Part shown: positions 1 through 13,837 of the stretch, piece by piece | How positions within the stretch are numbered: the first letter of the stretch is position 1 | How the letters are laid out: each line of letters begins with the position of its first letter | DNA from: Phyllobates terribilis | Taxonomy: Eukaryota | Assembly: GCF_046119375.1 (NCBI RefSeq) | Contig: NW_027362771.1 | Location: 131,626,001 to 131,690,000, forward strand | Length of the DNA: 64,000 bases | Direction of reading: 5' to 3' | Notes under the pieces: model-generated | What the model saw: the letters and a program-made list of their open reading frames with translations, nothing else | The model's database searches: none | What the model was told of the DNA's origin: nothing | Made by a program: the position numbers and the translations under genes

Positions 1-699
1 ACTTGGGAGGCTGGGTACACGCTACCCTTGTGGCCAGAATTTATGCTTCTGATGGTGGTCAGAATGAATGCCAAAGCATCCATCCACCCTAAAGACCAAC
101 TGTAAAAAAACCACAAAAAAACCCATACCACATGGTATACATTTCTTATCAGTAGCCCTCTGTATAGAAAAGCGCTGTCTGCTGTGCTTTCCTACACAGT
201 TAAACAGTATGCAGGCGCATACCTGCCAGACAAAGGTCGAAAGAACACGTTTGGCCTCCAAACGCTATATGTACCGAGCCTAAGAGGTTCTATTTCTAGT
301 AGGGAATTGCACACGTGAAATGTGATGGCACGCTGTGGATTTAAAATATCCAACACAGAAAATGAATTGGTAGATTAAATGACTTGCTAAATAATGATAC
401 ACTTCCAAGTACTATCTTTCACAAAGCCATTCCATTTTTGCTCTGAAACACATTAACCTTCCCTTTTGTTAAGATGATCAGAATTACATTTAATGTAGTA
501 TTGCGTATGACTGATAGGTGTCAAAAAATGACTGATGTGTCAGTATAAAATAAAAAATAATAATTATAGTTTTTATTAAATTAAGCCTTAAAGACTTTTC
601 CACTGCAAGAAAATAATAGGTATTTTAGTGGAAACTGGTTTGCCTAATATACATGTCCAGGTCCAGGTTTTTTTTTCTTTCAGGACCTTAAGTCCTTAA

Positions 700-1166
700 A
701 GCGTAACTGTTGTTTTAATTTTTATTTCATAAATCAATATTACACATGAAAATAAGCAACCTTGTAATATATCTAACCAGAGAAATCTGCTTCTTTCTCC
801 TCCTGGACTGATCTTTCACTCTGAATTCATGGGTGAAATCTATATTCAGTGAAGACTTATAAGATTCTGTGGAGGAAGAGGAAGAGGATCTGGAAGCAGA
901 CACAGACATTCTGCTGCAAGTTCTCCTGAAATGACAATTACACTTCTCCATAGAACTTTATGAGCACCACTTGTCATCACCTATCTCAGTAATGGGAAAG
1001 TCTGTATTCATTGAAGGCAGATTCTACTAGTGAATTGAGAATTTTGAGAATAAATAATCAGTTCAGGAGGAGAAAGAAGTAGATTTCTCTAATAAGATAC
1101 ATTACAACTTTGCTTATTTTCATCTGTACTATTGATTTATGAAAAAACCCCAAAAACGATTACTCT
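700..1166. mobile_element. TTAA MITE (T2/Kolobok-like)
   Basis: TTAA|agcgtaac...gattactct|TTAA with ~100-bp imperfect inverted arms. Confidence 0.75.
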
Positions 1167-1675
1167 TTAACATTGGGCTACAAAGTTTAGGTTTTGGAAT
1201 GGCCTAGTCAAAGTACTGACTTGCTCCATTGACATTCAGTGGCAGGCCGTTATGTGGTTGCATTAGGTTAGAAAATAAAGAGTCTTCTATTTTTGCCAGA
1301 ACCAGCATCACACCTGTCTACGGGTTGTATCTGGTATTGCAGCTTAGCTTCACTAAAGTTAATGGGTCTTAGCAACAATACCACACAAACTGTTTGTAGT
1401 ATAATGGATGTTTTTTTCCTGTACAACAACTTTAAAGGGGTAATTCATTTGTAAAAGACTGGGTGGGAGAAATGTTGTAAAAATCACTTTAAAGTTTAAC
1501 CACCTTCAAAAGCAAGTGGAGAGATCGACGTGCAATAAGGGGTTATCTTGCTCTAGCTGTTTAAGATTTGGCTATGGGAAAGACTTTTTGTAAGTGATGC
1601 TAGTCTTTTTTATTGCACTGTTGTATTAATTTATAATGGCACTTTGTAACACTTGCTTCATTTTCCAAATTTTAA

Positions 1676-1964
1676 AGAGGTTGTGCACTACTTCTACATT
1701 GATGGCCTATCCTTAGGATAGGTCATCAATGTCTGATCAGCCGGGGTCAGACACCCGACACCCCACCGATCAGCTGTTATCGGTGGTGGATGTGGCAGGT
1801 TGCCGGCCGGAAGTACTTGCTTGCAGTGCTGACCGCTTACTGGCAGTGGCAGGAGATTGTTACTGCACACCAATAGCAGCTGATCGACAGGGGTGCCGGC
1901 CGATCAGACATTGATGACCTATCCTAAAGATAGGCTATCAATGTAGAAGTAGTGGACAACCTCT
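1676..1964. mobile_element. TTAA MITE; second, longer copy at 63112-63516
   Basis: TTAA|agaggttgtgcactac...gtagtggacaacctct|TTAA with ~60-bp arms. Confidence 0.88.
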
Positions 1965-2689
1965 TTAATAAAACATTGAACATAAAAATCAATATTTTCT
2001 TTTAGCAATGAAGGCAAAAAAGGAGCTCATCCTGCTTGTTGATCTTGCAGATAGATGAGAACCTTATAATCGGACGGTGCTAGATCCAGCTGGTGCATTC
2101 CCCATTCCCCCTCTTGTTATTACTTTCTTTTAGCGTTTTCCAATATGCAAACTCTAGTTCCTGTAAACATGGCATGCTCCTGTGACTTTAGTCACCTGGG
2201 CCACTTAGCTCACCACTACTTGGACTCCACCTCTCTTTTATTGCTGCCATCAGACTTACTCTGCTCTGCTATATAGCTTCTGTGAGCTTCCAGAAATACC
2301 TAGCTCTGCTATATCACTTGGTTCTGCTGCATAACCACTCTGTGTCTCCTGACAAACTCAGCTCTGATAAACAGGCATGGTGTTCCCCATAACAGATATA
2401 GCTTTGGTATACTGCTGGGCTCTGCTACATTGGCTCTGTGTATCTCTTGACAAACTCATATCTACTTTTTAGCTGGGCTTCGCTTCATATCTACAGCATG
2501 CCTCTTGAAGTACTCAGCTCAGCAATGCCATTGGACTATCTTAGATTGACACAATGTGCCTATTGATACACATATCCAAAATAAAGGAAAAAAAAAACAA
2601 CTTTAAATGGCGATGCTGGTGCAGAAAGAATCACTTGCTGTAGACATGGACGATGAAGGTTCCTTTATTAGGACAACACATTTCAACGC

Positions 2690-3270
2690 CCCCCATTCTG
2701 AGCCTCTTCCTGGTGTAATGTCCCCAATCTAGGCCCCTTCCTGGTATAATGTTCCCCATCCTGGCCCTTGTTCTGGTATAATGTCCTCCATCCAGGGCTC
2801 TTTCCAAGTATAATGTCCTCCACCCTGGGCCCATTCCAGTAATAATTTCCTCCATCCTGCGCTATTTCTTGATATAATGTCCACCATTGTGGGCCCTTTC
2901 CAGTCATAATATCCCCCATCCTGAACCCCTTACTGTTGTAATGTCCTGGTATAATGTCCTCCATCCTGGACCCCTTCCTAGTTTAATGTCCTCCATCCTG
3001 GGCCCATTCCAGTAGTAATTTCCCCCAGCCTGGGCCCTTTAAAGTAGTAATGTCCCCCATTCTGAGCCCCTTCATAGTGTAATGTCTTGGTATAATGTCC
3101 CCCATCCTGGGCCCCTTCCTGTTAGAATGTCCTCCATCCTGGACTCCTTACTTAGCATAATTTCCCAAAGTCCTGGGCCCCTTCTCAGGATAATGTCCTC
3201 CATCCTGGGCTCCTTCCTGGTATAATGTTCCTCATCCTGGGCTCAATCCTGGTATAATGCCCCCATCCTC
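2690..3270. repeat. C-rich ~32-bp minisatellite (cccatcctgggccccttcctggtataatgtc)
   Basis: Degenerate tandem units. Related reverse-oriented arrays occur at ~10030-10176 and ~18810-19060. Confidence 0.85.
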
Positions 3271-4216
3271 TTATAATGCTTCTTGTTATTCAGCTCTGAC
3301 CAACAAATTAAAAAAATAATAATAATACTTTTTTCTTACCTCCACTTCTTCGATAGCCGGCAGCTGACATTGGCTTGTCCGCCATGGTTCATGACGTCAT
3401 TACCAATGTCAGCAGCTGACCTCTGATTGGCCAGCGATGTGTATAGCAGTGTAGGGAGCTGCAATACCTTTTAGCTGAATGTGCGTCCTCGGACTCACAT
3501 TCAGCTGAATTAGGCGCTGGTGTTGGCGAGCCCCCCAACCATCTGTGGGCTCTGGTGCAGCTGCAACGACTGCGTAACCAGTATGCCCACCTCCTCTTCT
3601 CCTGTGCTCTACTATAAATACTCTTTTTCTCCAGGAGAAATACAGCTTCTTAAACCTCTGTAGTTGTAACCAGATAGCCCTGCTGCACCCAAATCATCTA
3701 TCCATGTTGCACTTGAACTGTTCTTCCGGATCAAGGATTTCAAGAATCTACTTCGCCAGGTGAAACATAATTTGTAGTTTTTATTTTTTTGTGTCTTCTC
3801 CACAAGGGGTAAAAACTGCTCAGTTATAGACTGAAATAAGTTTGACATAGAGAAAAGGGCGGTCTTTTTGAATAAAATGTGTAAATTATGAGTAAATGAC
3901 AACAATGTCTAGACTCATTTCTGTCACTTAGCAACTTATGTCAAAGCTCACTAAATTCTGGACACTGTTCTACTGATTACAATCAGGATTTACTGCTATT
4001 GATTGAGCGTTTTTTTGCAAGCACCAATAGAACAAGAGTAAATCATGGGCAGAGAGTTATTCGAGTCAGGCTCTGGTAAAGCCTTTATTAAATAAAAAAA
4101 TTGCCTCTTAGTATATGGTTTAGTCTTGGAATACAATGAACAAAAAAATCAGTGCATTAAAGGGTTATTCCCATTTTCATAGATGGTTATTGTAAAAACA
4201 AAGACTTTTTTTTTAA

Positions 4217-7200
4217 CCCCTTCTCGACACTGGGTGTACAAGTATGTTCTATTTTTCAGTGACTTCCTGCAAATGGACGTATCAGTATGTCATGGTGATT
4301 TTAAGACCCCAGGAGCTGTGCTCACACAATCACTGCTGGGAGCTTGGCTTAACTGATAGCCCAGCTCATGCAGCAACATCCCCTGGCTGTTTAACCGTCT
4401 AAATCCGGCACTGAATAGCGATCACAGCATTTAGAAGGTTGAGAGAGGGATGGGGCTCCCTCTCACTTGATAGGCATCCTGACGACATGATCAGGGAAGC
4501 ATACTGTATATTTGTCATGGCACCCAGAGATCAAATAACTATGACCAGGTCTGCCAAGTAGTGTCCTGTTATTCACTGCCAGGTGTTCATTCTGCCTCCC
4601 AAAAATAGAAATAGATCAAAAAATGTTATGTAACCCAAAAAGGTACCAATTAAAAAGTTCAACCCATTCCATAAAAAAACACGCCCTCACAAGACTTTGT
4701 CAGCAGAAAAATGATAATTCTCAAAATATATCTATACAAAAAAAATTTGGGGTACAAAAAGGCTTTTTTTTAGTGTGTTATAGTAGCAAAACATAAAAAC
4801 CATATAAATTATATAAATCGGGCATCCATGTAATCGTACTGGTGGCCATTATGGGGCCATTTTTACCTATTTCCCCTTGTAAAAGTGTAAAATCTGGAGC
4901 CAAATGTAAAATCACCGCCAAATGGTCTAAAATTCGGTAAAACACCTGTGGTGTCAATATTCTCTCACAGCATAAGGCTATGTTCACACATTGTTTTTTT
5001 GCTGCTTTTTTCTGCAGCCAAAACCTGATCTCTTGGGAGTAAAAAACTGCAGACAAAAAGCAGGTTTTGCTGCTTTTCTTGCTGTGTTTTTTGCTGCGTT
5101 TTTTAGGATACCAAAGTTTAGCTTTGCTTCCACCATGCAAGCATGAACAATGCAAGGTGTTAGGCCACAAATGTAAGACATGCGTGAAACCATAAAAAAA
5201 AAAAAAAAAAAAGGCAAATTGATCAAATTATTTAGTGGAAAAAAAAATTATGTCTGAAAAAATAGTAACTACTCTGAACAAAAAAGTTAATGAAAAAATA
5301 TATAATTACAAATGTAACAACAGCAGGGGAGTTGAATTGGTCTGGAATAGTTTACCTGAGACATTAGCAGAGCATTTTGTAGGGTGGACACTGTTTACTA
5401 TATCATACAATGGTCAGGGCCATTGAGTTGGCCAGGTATTGTTCAATTTCATACATTGGTCAGGCAATGTTTAGCTTTACACATTGGTCAGCCATTGAAT
5501 TGCTCAGGCAATTGTTTACTTTAACACATCACTAATTTAATTAAATTGTACTAATCCTAACTGCCATTCTCAGGTGAGAACACCAAGACATTTTGAGAAA
5601 CTAAAGTCAATGTATAAAAAGTCCACCTTGGGAAGGGAACAGCTGTTCCCTTCCCAAGGTGGACTTTTTATACATTTTTCTATGACCCAATAAAACACTT
5701 GGTTTTAGAAGATTCGTCCAGCTGGAGTTTTTTGGTTTCTCATATGTACGTCCGGTTGCACTGCTGGTTCCGTGCTGTGATCTTCTAGGTGGGTGAGCTG
5801 ATTTTCCCCTTTTTTCTCTTTGCTATACACCAAGACATTTTGGTTTAAACTTGAGAAAATCACAAAACTAAATGAGTTTGACATCCTGTTCTACATGCTT
5901 TTTTTAACTAAAAACGTAGTAAAAACTGATGGCAATGTTTTTGCTGCATTTTTGCTGCTTTCTTGCACTTACGCTTTGCTTTCTATGGGTGAAAAATCAC
6001 TGCAAAAGCTCAAAGAAGTTACATGCTGCAGTTTTCAAAAAAGCAGCAATTTTCCAATTCAGTCAGGAAAAAAACAAGCGTGTGCATGAGATTTCTTAAA
6101 TCTCATAACTTTTGCGGGTACTGTAAAAAGCCGCTTTTAATTTGCAGAAAAAACGTCAGGGGCACTGCAAATTCAACATGGCACATGCAAACCATTCCAG
6201 CAAAATCTGCACTCCAAAATGACACTCCTTCCCTTCTGAGATTTTCAATGTGCCTGAAAAGAAGTTTCTGACTACACAAAGTAATAATGTAGTCAGGAAA
6301 AATTGTGTAAGAAACTATGTTGTCTATTTTTTTGCATTAGCTCTTTTGAAAATTAAAAACTTGGGGCTAAGGCAAAATTTTAGTGGAAAAAAAAGTAATT
6401 TTTCATTTTCATCATTTTCATTGGAGGGGTGTAGTTTCCAAAATGGAGTCACTTATGGAGGTTTTCTGATGATTTGACATTTTAGGGGCTCTCCTATTGT
6501 GATCTATTCTAGCAAACATTGAGTTCCAAAACCCAAATAGCATTTCTTCCCTTCTGAGCTTTGCTGTGCTACCCAAACAGAAGTTCTTGACCACATATGG
6601 GGTATCAGAGTACTATGAAGAAATTGCATAACTAATTGTGGGGTTCATTTTCCTATTACCCTTGTGAAAATAAGAAATTTGAGGCTAAAGTAAAATTTTT
6701 GTGAAAAAAGGTCATATTTAATTTTCATGGCCCAATATTCCAAAATTCTGTAATGCACAAGTAGGTTTGAGATGCTTATCATGCTCTTAGAAGAATTCTT
6801 TGAGGGGTGTAATGTCTAAAATGGGGTCACTTTTCGGGGATGTTTGCTGTTTTGGCATGTCAGGGGCTCTGCAAATGTGAAAGTCATTGCAATCTATTTC
6901 AGCCAAATCTGCACTCCAAAAACAGATAGCGTTCCTTCCCTTCTGAGCACTATCTCCTGCCCAAAGAGTAGTCTCCAACTACATATTAGGTATCAGAGCA
7001 CTCAGGAGGCATTGTACAAAAAATTATAGCGTCCATATTTTCTTGTTAACCTTGTGAAAATAAAAAAAAATTGTGCCAAAACAACATTTTTGTGGAAAAA
7101 AATGAATATTTAATTTGCACAGCCCATTGTTATAAAATTCTGAAAATCACTTGTGGGTTCAAAATTCTCAATATATTCCTAGCCGAACTCCTTGAGGGGT

Positions 7201-8207
7201 GTAGTTTCCAAAATACAGTTTCAGCTTTATTTCTACATTATGCACATCATGGGCTCCCCAAATGCAACATTGTATTCGCAATCTGTTAAACTCCAAAAGT
7301 CAAATTGTGCTCCTTCCCTTCCGAGCCCTGTAAGGAGCCTAAACAGTAGTTTACGACCACATGTGGGGTATCCGCGTATTCAGGAGAAAATAGACCCCAC
7401 AATCTATTGTGCAATTTCTCCTATTACCTTTGTGAAAATAAGTAATTTGGGATTAAAGCAATATTTTTATGGAAGATAATATAATATTTAATTTTCACAT
7501 CCCAATATTATAAAATTCTGTGAACAACCTATGGATTCTAGATAGTCATCACGCTTGTAGATGAATTACTGGAGGGGTGCAATTTCCAAAATGGGGTCAC
7601 TTGTGTGAGGTTTCTGCAATTTGCAACTCATGGGCTCTACAAATGTGACATGGCATCTATAATCTATTCCAGCCAAATTTGTATTCCAAAAATCAAATAG
7701 TGCTCGTTCCCTTCCAAGCCCTGTTATCTGCCCAAGCAGTAGTTTGCATTAATTTCTATGAAACAACTGAAGTGTTAACAAACTTTCTTAATGCAGTTTT
7801 GAATACGTTGAGGAGTGTAGTTTCCAAAATGGAGTCTTGTTTACGGGTTTTCTGACATATTGGGCCCTTTATGTCACTTCAAAAGTAGTTTTAAAAACTG
7901 TAAAGTAGAAATGTGATAAATGTTATTTATTAACTATTTTGCGTTGAATAATTATCTGTTTTAAAAGCATAAACAATCAAAAAAGTAAAAAATTGTAAAT
8001 TTTTCTACATTTTTGTAATTTTCATAAATAAACGCAAATCACATTAACCTCAAGTTACCAGTACCATAAAGTACAATGTGTCGCAAAAAAAACAAAAGTC
8101 ACTGGGATATGTGGAAGCATTCCAGAGTTTTACCATATAAAGTGACAAATCAGATTTGAAAAATGTGGTCTGGTAAGGAAGGTAAAACAGGCTTCGGTGG
8201 TAAGGGG
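4217..8207. mobile_element. Large non-autonomous piggyBac-like element or composite, with internal ~380-bp tandem units
   Basis: TTAA|cccctt...aagggg|TTAA. The motif gaggggtgtagtttccaaaat recurs at ~6425, 6802, 7195, 7572 and 7809. Other insertions are nested inside. Confidence 0.5.
5580..5842. mobile_element. 231-bp insertion with a 16-bp TSD, containing a perfect 68-bp palindrome
   Basis: acaccaagacattttg at 5580-5595 and 5827-5842; spacerless palindrome at 5609-5676. Confidence 0.7.
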
Positions 8208-8371
8208 TTAAAATTTGCAGATATTCTTAAGATATGAAAACAAAATTGTACAGATTTTTGCCTACGAAACTGTCCACTGCTGTCACACTTGACTTGGCCA
8301 AGATTAGAAAGTAACAGTAAGTTCCATCCACCCTAACTGGATTCAAAGCAGTGTTTGCAAGCTCAATATTA

Positions 8372-8552
8372 GGCCACGTTCACACATTGGGTATTTGGGA
8401 AATACTTTCCATCAGTATGTGTAAGCCAAAGCCAGGAGTGGAACAATCAGAGGATAAGTATAATAGAAACACGTCACCGCTTCTGTATTTATCACCCACT
8501 CCTGGTTTTGGCTTACATATAGTGACCAAATATTGAATGTGTGAACGTGGCC
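8372..8552. mobile_element. Harbinger-type MITE; second copy at 51236-51427
   Basis: TTA|ggccacgttcacac...gtgtgaacgtggcc|TTA. The interior matches the copy in CCDC59 intron 1. Confidence 0.88.
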
Positions 8553-11089
8553 TTAGGGTAAGTGTACACTGACTTTTTCAGGCAGATTCCAGGCAGAAAG
8601 AGCACAGCAAAACCACCGCAAGAAATGAACATAATGCACAGCAATGTGAACATGACATTGCTGCGCATGTCTTCAGTTTTCTATTGCTTCTTTTCACTTC
8701 TTCAGAGTTTGGAAACCGTGAAGCTGTTTAAAGAAGTAGCATGCCCATTCTCCGTGCGGCTTCAGCTAGGAAAACCTCGGCAAGTCCTCCAGCCTTTCAA
8801 CAAATGTTGAAAAACTTGATAAGAAGTAAAAAGGCAAAACTGTTTGTATTTACAATTTCTAGCAAACAATACTTATTCATGAAAATGGGAATGACCCTTT
8901 AAGGAAGTGAAGGTCCATTAAAACCCCAAATAAATGACAGATTTTTGCTGCCTTTAGTGGTAAAATATTTGGACGTGCGTAAACAGTTGCATGATTGCTA
9001 CTGAAATTTTCTGTGCTCCAGCTTTTCCCTTCTCAGAGCAGAAGAAGGACTGTGCGAAACGATATTTGTTCACCTGTACAAGATGGCAATAGGAAATCAG
9101 TCTCTAGATTGCTCATAACTCTCAGCAGTCTAGCATGGTTAAATGAAACATTCAGCCATAGTGATTTATTGGAAAAACACAAACAAATTAGTTTCTGCTT
9201 CTCTGTTATTAAAAATGTGTGCTGCCGGCCTGCCTGGTTCCACAACTCAGTTTCTCTGAATTAGCTCATATTCTTCATGCATAGTGTAATATTTCCAATC
9301 TAATTATATCTGTATGATGGCAATATAAATATTTGTCACATACTACAGAAAACATATTTCATTATACTTTTCCCATTATTTATATTCTAAACGATTTATC
9401 TATAATATACATTGGATACAATATTCATAAGAAACATTGCCACATTGTCACTTATGTGTTCTGTCAGTTATAATGAAGAAAACGATAAAATAATAGTTTA
9501 TTGTATTTTAAATGATGTACCTATCCGACTGCCTGTCCGGCTATCTGATCTATAGCACAGTATCTATTCATCCATACATCGCTATACACATTTCAAGGGG
9601 TGCAGTTCATTATGGTTATTCCTTTTACTATAATTGCGGACCAGAGCTGTGTGTGATCATGAGAGCAAAGTGTCAGCCATTAGATGTCTCACACTGGTAA
9701 TGCTCCCTTTCATTTAAAATAGCTCTGGAAGCAGATTCTCATGGAGATATGAGTCCAGCCTATAGATTAGTTCTTAAATAAAAATCTATAGCAGGGTTCC
9801 CTAACTTAAGGCTCACAGCTGTCTGCCAGCTTAGTGCATTAGCACCAGTTCTAGCAAATAGCTATGAAGTTCTCCAGATTACAGGGGCATAACGATTGCG
9901 GTGGCAGAGGATGAGACCGCAACAAGGACCGTGGAGTCAGGGGGTCCGCCAGCGATGTTTTCAGCTGAATGTGTGTCCTTGAATACACTTTCAACTGAAT
10001 TGAATTTGTGAGGCACAGAACCACTGGAGACATTATTACAGGAAGAGGGCCATTATTACAGGAAGGGGCCAGGACAGGGGAACATTATTACAGGATGGGG
10101 CTAAGATGAGAGGTATTATTACAGTACAGGGGACATTATTGCAGGGCAGGGAATATGATAGAGGACAATATTACAGGGGTCTGTACATCTGACCAACATG
10201 CTGGTGGGGGCCTGAGTCCAAATTTTGCACCAGGACCCATACAGCTCTGATTAGATGGTGACTTTTAAATGTAGCCCTCCATAGATGCGCAGATCTGAAT
10301 GCACATATACTGGTTTTGGGGGTGGAAAAATAAACTAAGTGATGAGCAGCCCAGCTCTTTTTGGTCATCAGCATCATTTGTCTTTGTTCACCATAAAAGC
10401 TGCCCTTTTGGATCCCAAATGGATCTCCTCCAAATATATGTTCACCTAAAAGACAAAAACATTAAACACAAAATTCTGATGCCCGATGCAGTCAAAACCT
10501 CACCCACCTGCAGCCAACCAGTGAATGAGCTGGGTGAGAGGAGTTTCAGATGCATGAGCGGGGTTCCGGTTGCACTGGCAGCTAAACACGGCCATTTTGC
10601 CACCAGTCAGAAACTGCAAGTGGCTTTCATTGGGCTGCCAGCTCCTATCATTTAATTGCTAAGTACTAAGCTGGACATAAGATGATACTGCTAGATAGAA
10701 GAGGTGATTGAAGTTGGATGCGACAGTATGATTGGAATGCTTGACCCGAGAATATCAAATTGGGTATTGTGGGAATTCCTCTATGTCAGTATACTGCCTC
10801 GGTATGATTTCTCTAGGGAAACTTTAGCTATCATTATACAGATAATAGGGGTCTTGTGAATCACTACTGTGAGGGCCTTTGGATGTTGTTCATGACCCTC
10901 TCAAAGCTGAATGTGACTCTCAAGGTAAGAAAGGTTGATGACCACTGATCTATAGAAAAGGAAAGTCTTTAGCTTATCAACTGATAAGAGCAGATATTTA
11001 AAAACCCAATGTTTCTAGACAAATATCCCGTCCCTTCCCCATAAAGGCATTTTGGAACCTCAAAAGCATCCCAACGAAAAGCCTTATCT

Positions 11090-11600
11090 TGGGTCCATTC
11101 TTCTCTTTTCTCTGGTCACCAAGGGAATAAACATACTCCTGAACTCCTTTCTTGTTTCTGCAGGGGGCCCAAATGGAAACAGGACGTCAAAGAATTTGTA
11201 GCAACTTTCTATCAATGTGTACAGTTCAAACCCTCACATGAAGCACCTCTCAGGCCTTTTGTGCCTCCTTCTATATCACAAGAGCTCTAGGCTGAGATTT
11301 CTATAGGCATTGTTCCAGATCTTCTTGAGGCGCCAGGGTTCACCACTATCTAGATCATGGACAGTTTCCCCATGATGTGGTGTTTTGCTTCATCATCAGG
11401 GCTTCCATCTGCTCCATAGTTGTTCCATTTGTTACAATGTATGGTTGAGAGCCTTGTCTTCCTCTGGAAATTGCATATAAAAGTGTACATCCTGCTCTGA
11501 TCAGCATTTCTCAGGACATACAGAACATTTGGACTGACATTCAATCCAATTTGCGTGCAGCAGCGGCTAAAGCAAATAAGAGCTCTAAGAGACACTGTAG
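11090..11600 (+). pseudogene. Gypsy-type integrase remnant
   Basis: Decayed translation WVHSS.FSGHQG...WKQDVKEFVATFYQCVQFKP...EISIGIVPDL..APGFTTI.IMDSF matches the recalled HHCC and first-D region of Gypsy integrases. Confidence 0.6.
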
Positions 11601-11630
11601 ACTTGTTCCCAACATGTCTTCTGGAGCTAA

Positions 11631-12535
11631 GGCTGCGTGCCCACTATGCGTTTTTCAAGCGTTTTTGCCACGGAATTTTCGCAGCGAAAACGCTTAAAAA
11701 ATGCTTGGTAATACGTGCCCCATGGTCCCCAATGATAATCCGCATGTGCTGTGCACATGCTGCGGAAATGTCCGCTGCGGATTATCATTGCGGAAAAATA
11801 CGCAGCATGTCCATTAATTCTGCGGACACGCAGAATAATCTCCGCCATTGACTTGCATTGGACCGCGTGACATCCGCATCACTGCATCTGTACATGCGGA
11901 TATCACACGGTTCAATGTGCAGATGGTACCCAGGTCTGGAGAAGAAGAGACTCTCATCCAGACCCAGGTACCATAGAACCTGTAAAAAAAAGAATTTAAA
12001 ATAAAAAATATACATTATACTCACCTTCCAATGTCCTCCCGGAGCTTTCTCTGCTCCGTCTGGTCTGCTGTATGTGTCGCGGTGTTGTGAAGGACCTGCC
12101 ATGACGTCATTGAGTTATATAACCTGACACATGACTGAATGACGTCACCGCAGGTCCTTCACACCACCGCGAGCCGCCCAAGACACCGGACAGAGCAGAG
12201 AAAACAGCAGGAGGACATCGGAAGGTAAGTATAATCTTTATTTATTTTTTTACCATTCTTATTCTTTTTTTTTTAAACTAACTTGGTCACACTATTATAA
12301 ATCCATGCCGGTTGCATGGATTTATATAGTGTGAACAAGTTGTCAAGCACTTTTCCAAGTGATGCTAAAATTGCTTGGAAAAGTGCTTGATAACCCCCAT
12401 GCAGAAATGCATGCAAGAACGCTTGATAAACGCTTCTACCTGGTGGGAAATACGCATGTAAAATCCGTATGCGGTTTTCCTGCCAGGGAGAAGCGGAAAC
12501 AATATGCAGCATTTCTGCATCGTGGGCACATAGCC
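11631..12535. mobile_element. Harbinger-type MITE; related copy starts at 63718 and runs off the window
   Basis: TAA|ggctgcgtgcccac...gtgggcacatagcc|TAA. The left ~250 bp match 63718-64000. Confidence 0.82.
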
Positions 12536-13339
12536 TAAGGTTTGGCTTTCCACCAAAATCATAAATTTGAAGACTGGTTGCAAAAAGTTGGATCCTAATA
12601 ATTCATAGGCTCAATCTAATTTATTCAGCAAATTAATCCGTCATCTTTTGTCTGAAGCTACCTTTCATGTTAAAAATTCCTAATACTTTTCATATCCCCC
12701 TACTGTGTTCTATGGTGCTTAAAAACATTTCTATTTAGCGGCACCAAAATGAGGGAGACAGGGGACAGGAGTGACTATTACGCAAATGTCTTGGTTTAGA
12801 GACAGACTCTGATACCTTCCCCTATGACCGCCACCATTTGCTGTGCTTTATGTCAGGTTTTCAAGTTGTCCGGCACACACCAGTGACACTACATAAGGCC
12901 GATTCTGATATAGGTAGTATTGACTACCTATGTGTTGAATCAGTATTGTGTTCAATTGCTGTTTGTCTTGGAGTCTGCCAGCATTCAGTTCCTTCAGCAG
13001 CAATCATCTTTGCATATTCCTATTGTTTACATACACTGTTCCACAGACTTGCGGATTATTCCATTGTCTTCTGTGAGCATTACAAACTGTTATTTAGAGA
13101 CTGTACACATTACATTGCAATCATCTCTGCTAACTCCTATAGTTTAGTCAACTTGCACCTACATCCTGATTCAGACCTTCCATTTAAACCTTCATCTGCT
13201 CTCTTGCAGTTCTCTACTCTCTTGATTCTGCGGCATCCAGGGTGTCCAGCATGGTCCGTTGCCCAGGTCCTAGCTGCTATTACATTGGCCTCAGTCTGTG
13301 TTTTCATCCTGACCTGAGGCTTAGTGGATCCATCTCACC

Positions 13340-13620
13340 AGGTGAGCCTAACAAGAACAGGGCTCTTTGGGGACCATATCATCTCTTCCAGGACACCTTG
13401 CTCTTCTTCAGACTGAAGATAGTTCTTAGTAATATTGACTGTATGCTTGGAATTGTTGTTCTGCTTCAGAATATATTTGGAGCCAATCAGATGTCTCCCT
13501 GATGGTTTTTTGATGGATAAATATTTGTCTGTATTTCTCAGTATTGAAGACACCGTTCATCCTCATGAAATTGAAAACTCCATTTACTGAAATCCAGCTC
13601 CAACCTTGCAAGGAACCTCA
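13340..13620 (-). pseudogene. Tc1 transposase fragment
   Basis: RMNGVFNTEKYRQI...SGRHLIGSKYILKQNNNSKHT resembles a decayed [10 protein letters not shown] region. Confidence 0.55.
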
Positions 13621-13837
13621 ACAATGCTTGACTGTTGCCTCTAGACACTCATTTCGCAAAAAAATGGATAAACGATATAATGGTGTCCAAGAGGCAATAT
13701 GCAAATTGCCTCTTCAGAGAAAAAGAGGACTTAAACTCTATATTGTCACCTATTGGAAGCAGCAATCCTACAAGTCACAATCAACCCTTTAGAGTCGTGC
13801 AATATGACTTAGGATAAAAGCCAAATCAGAATCTCAA

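Noticed and set aside
1-110. Possible - strand exon after tttag (GWMDALAFILTTIRSINSGHKGSVYPASQ)
   Set aside because: I recognise no protein family and cannot see a donor because of the window edge. A BLASTX search would be needed.
2631-2964. 74-aa and 93-aa ORFs
   Set aside because: Products of the C-rich minisatellite.
9039-9066. Hammerhead-like CAGAAGA...GAAAC
   Set aside because: It has a core mismatch, stem II does not pair, and there is no NUH/stem I geometry.
12838-13317. 159-aa ORF
   Set aside because: It has a TTG start, no recognisable domain and no splice support; it is probably a decayed repeat.
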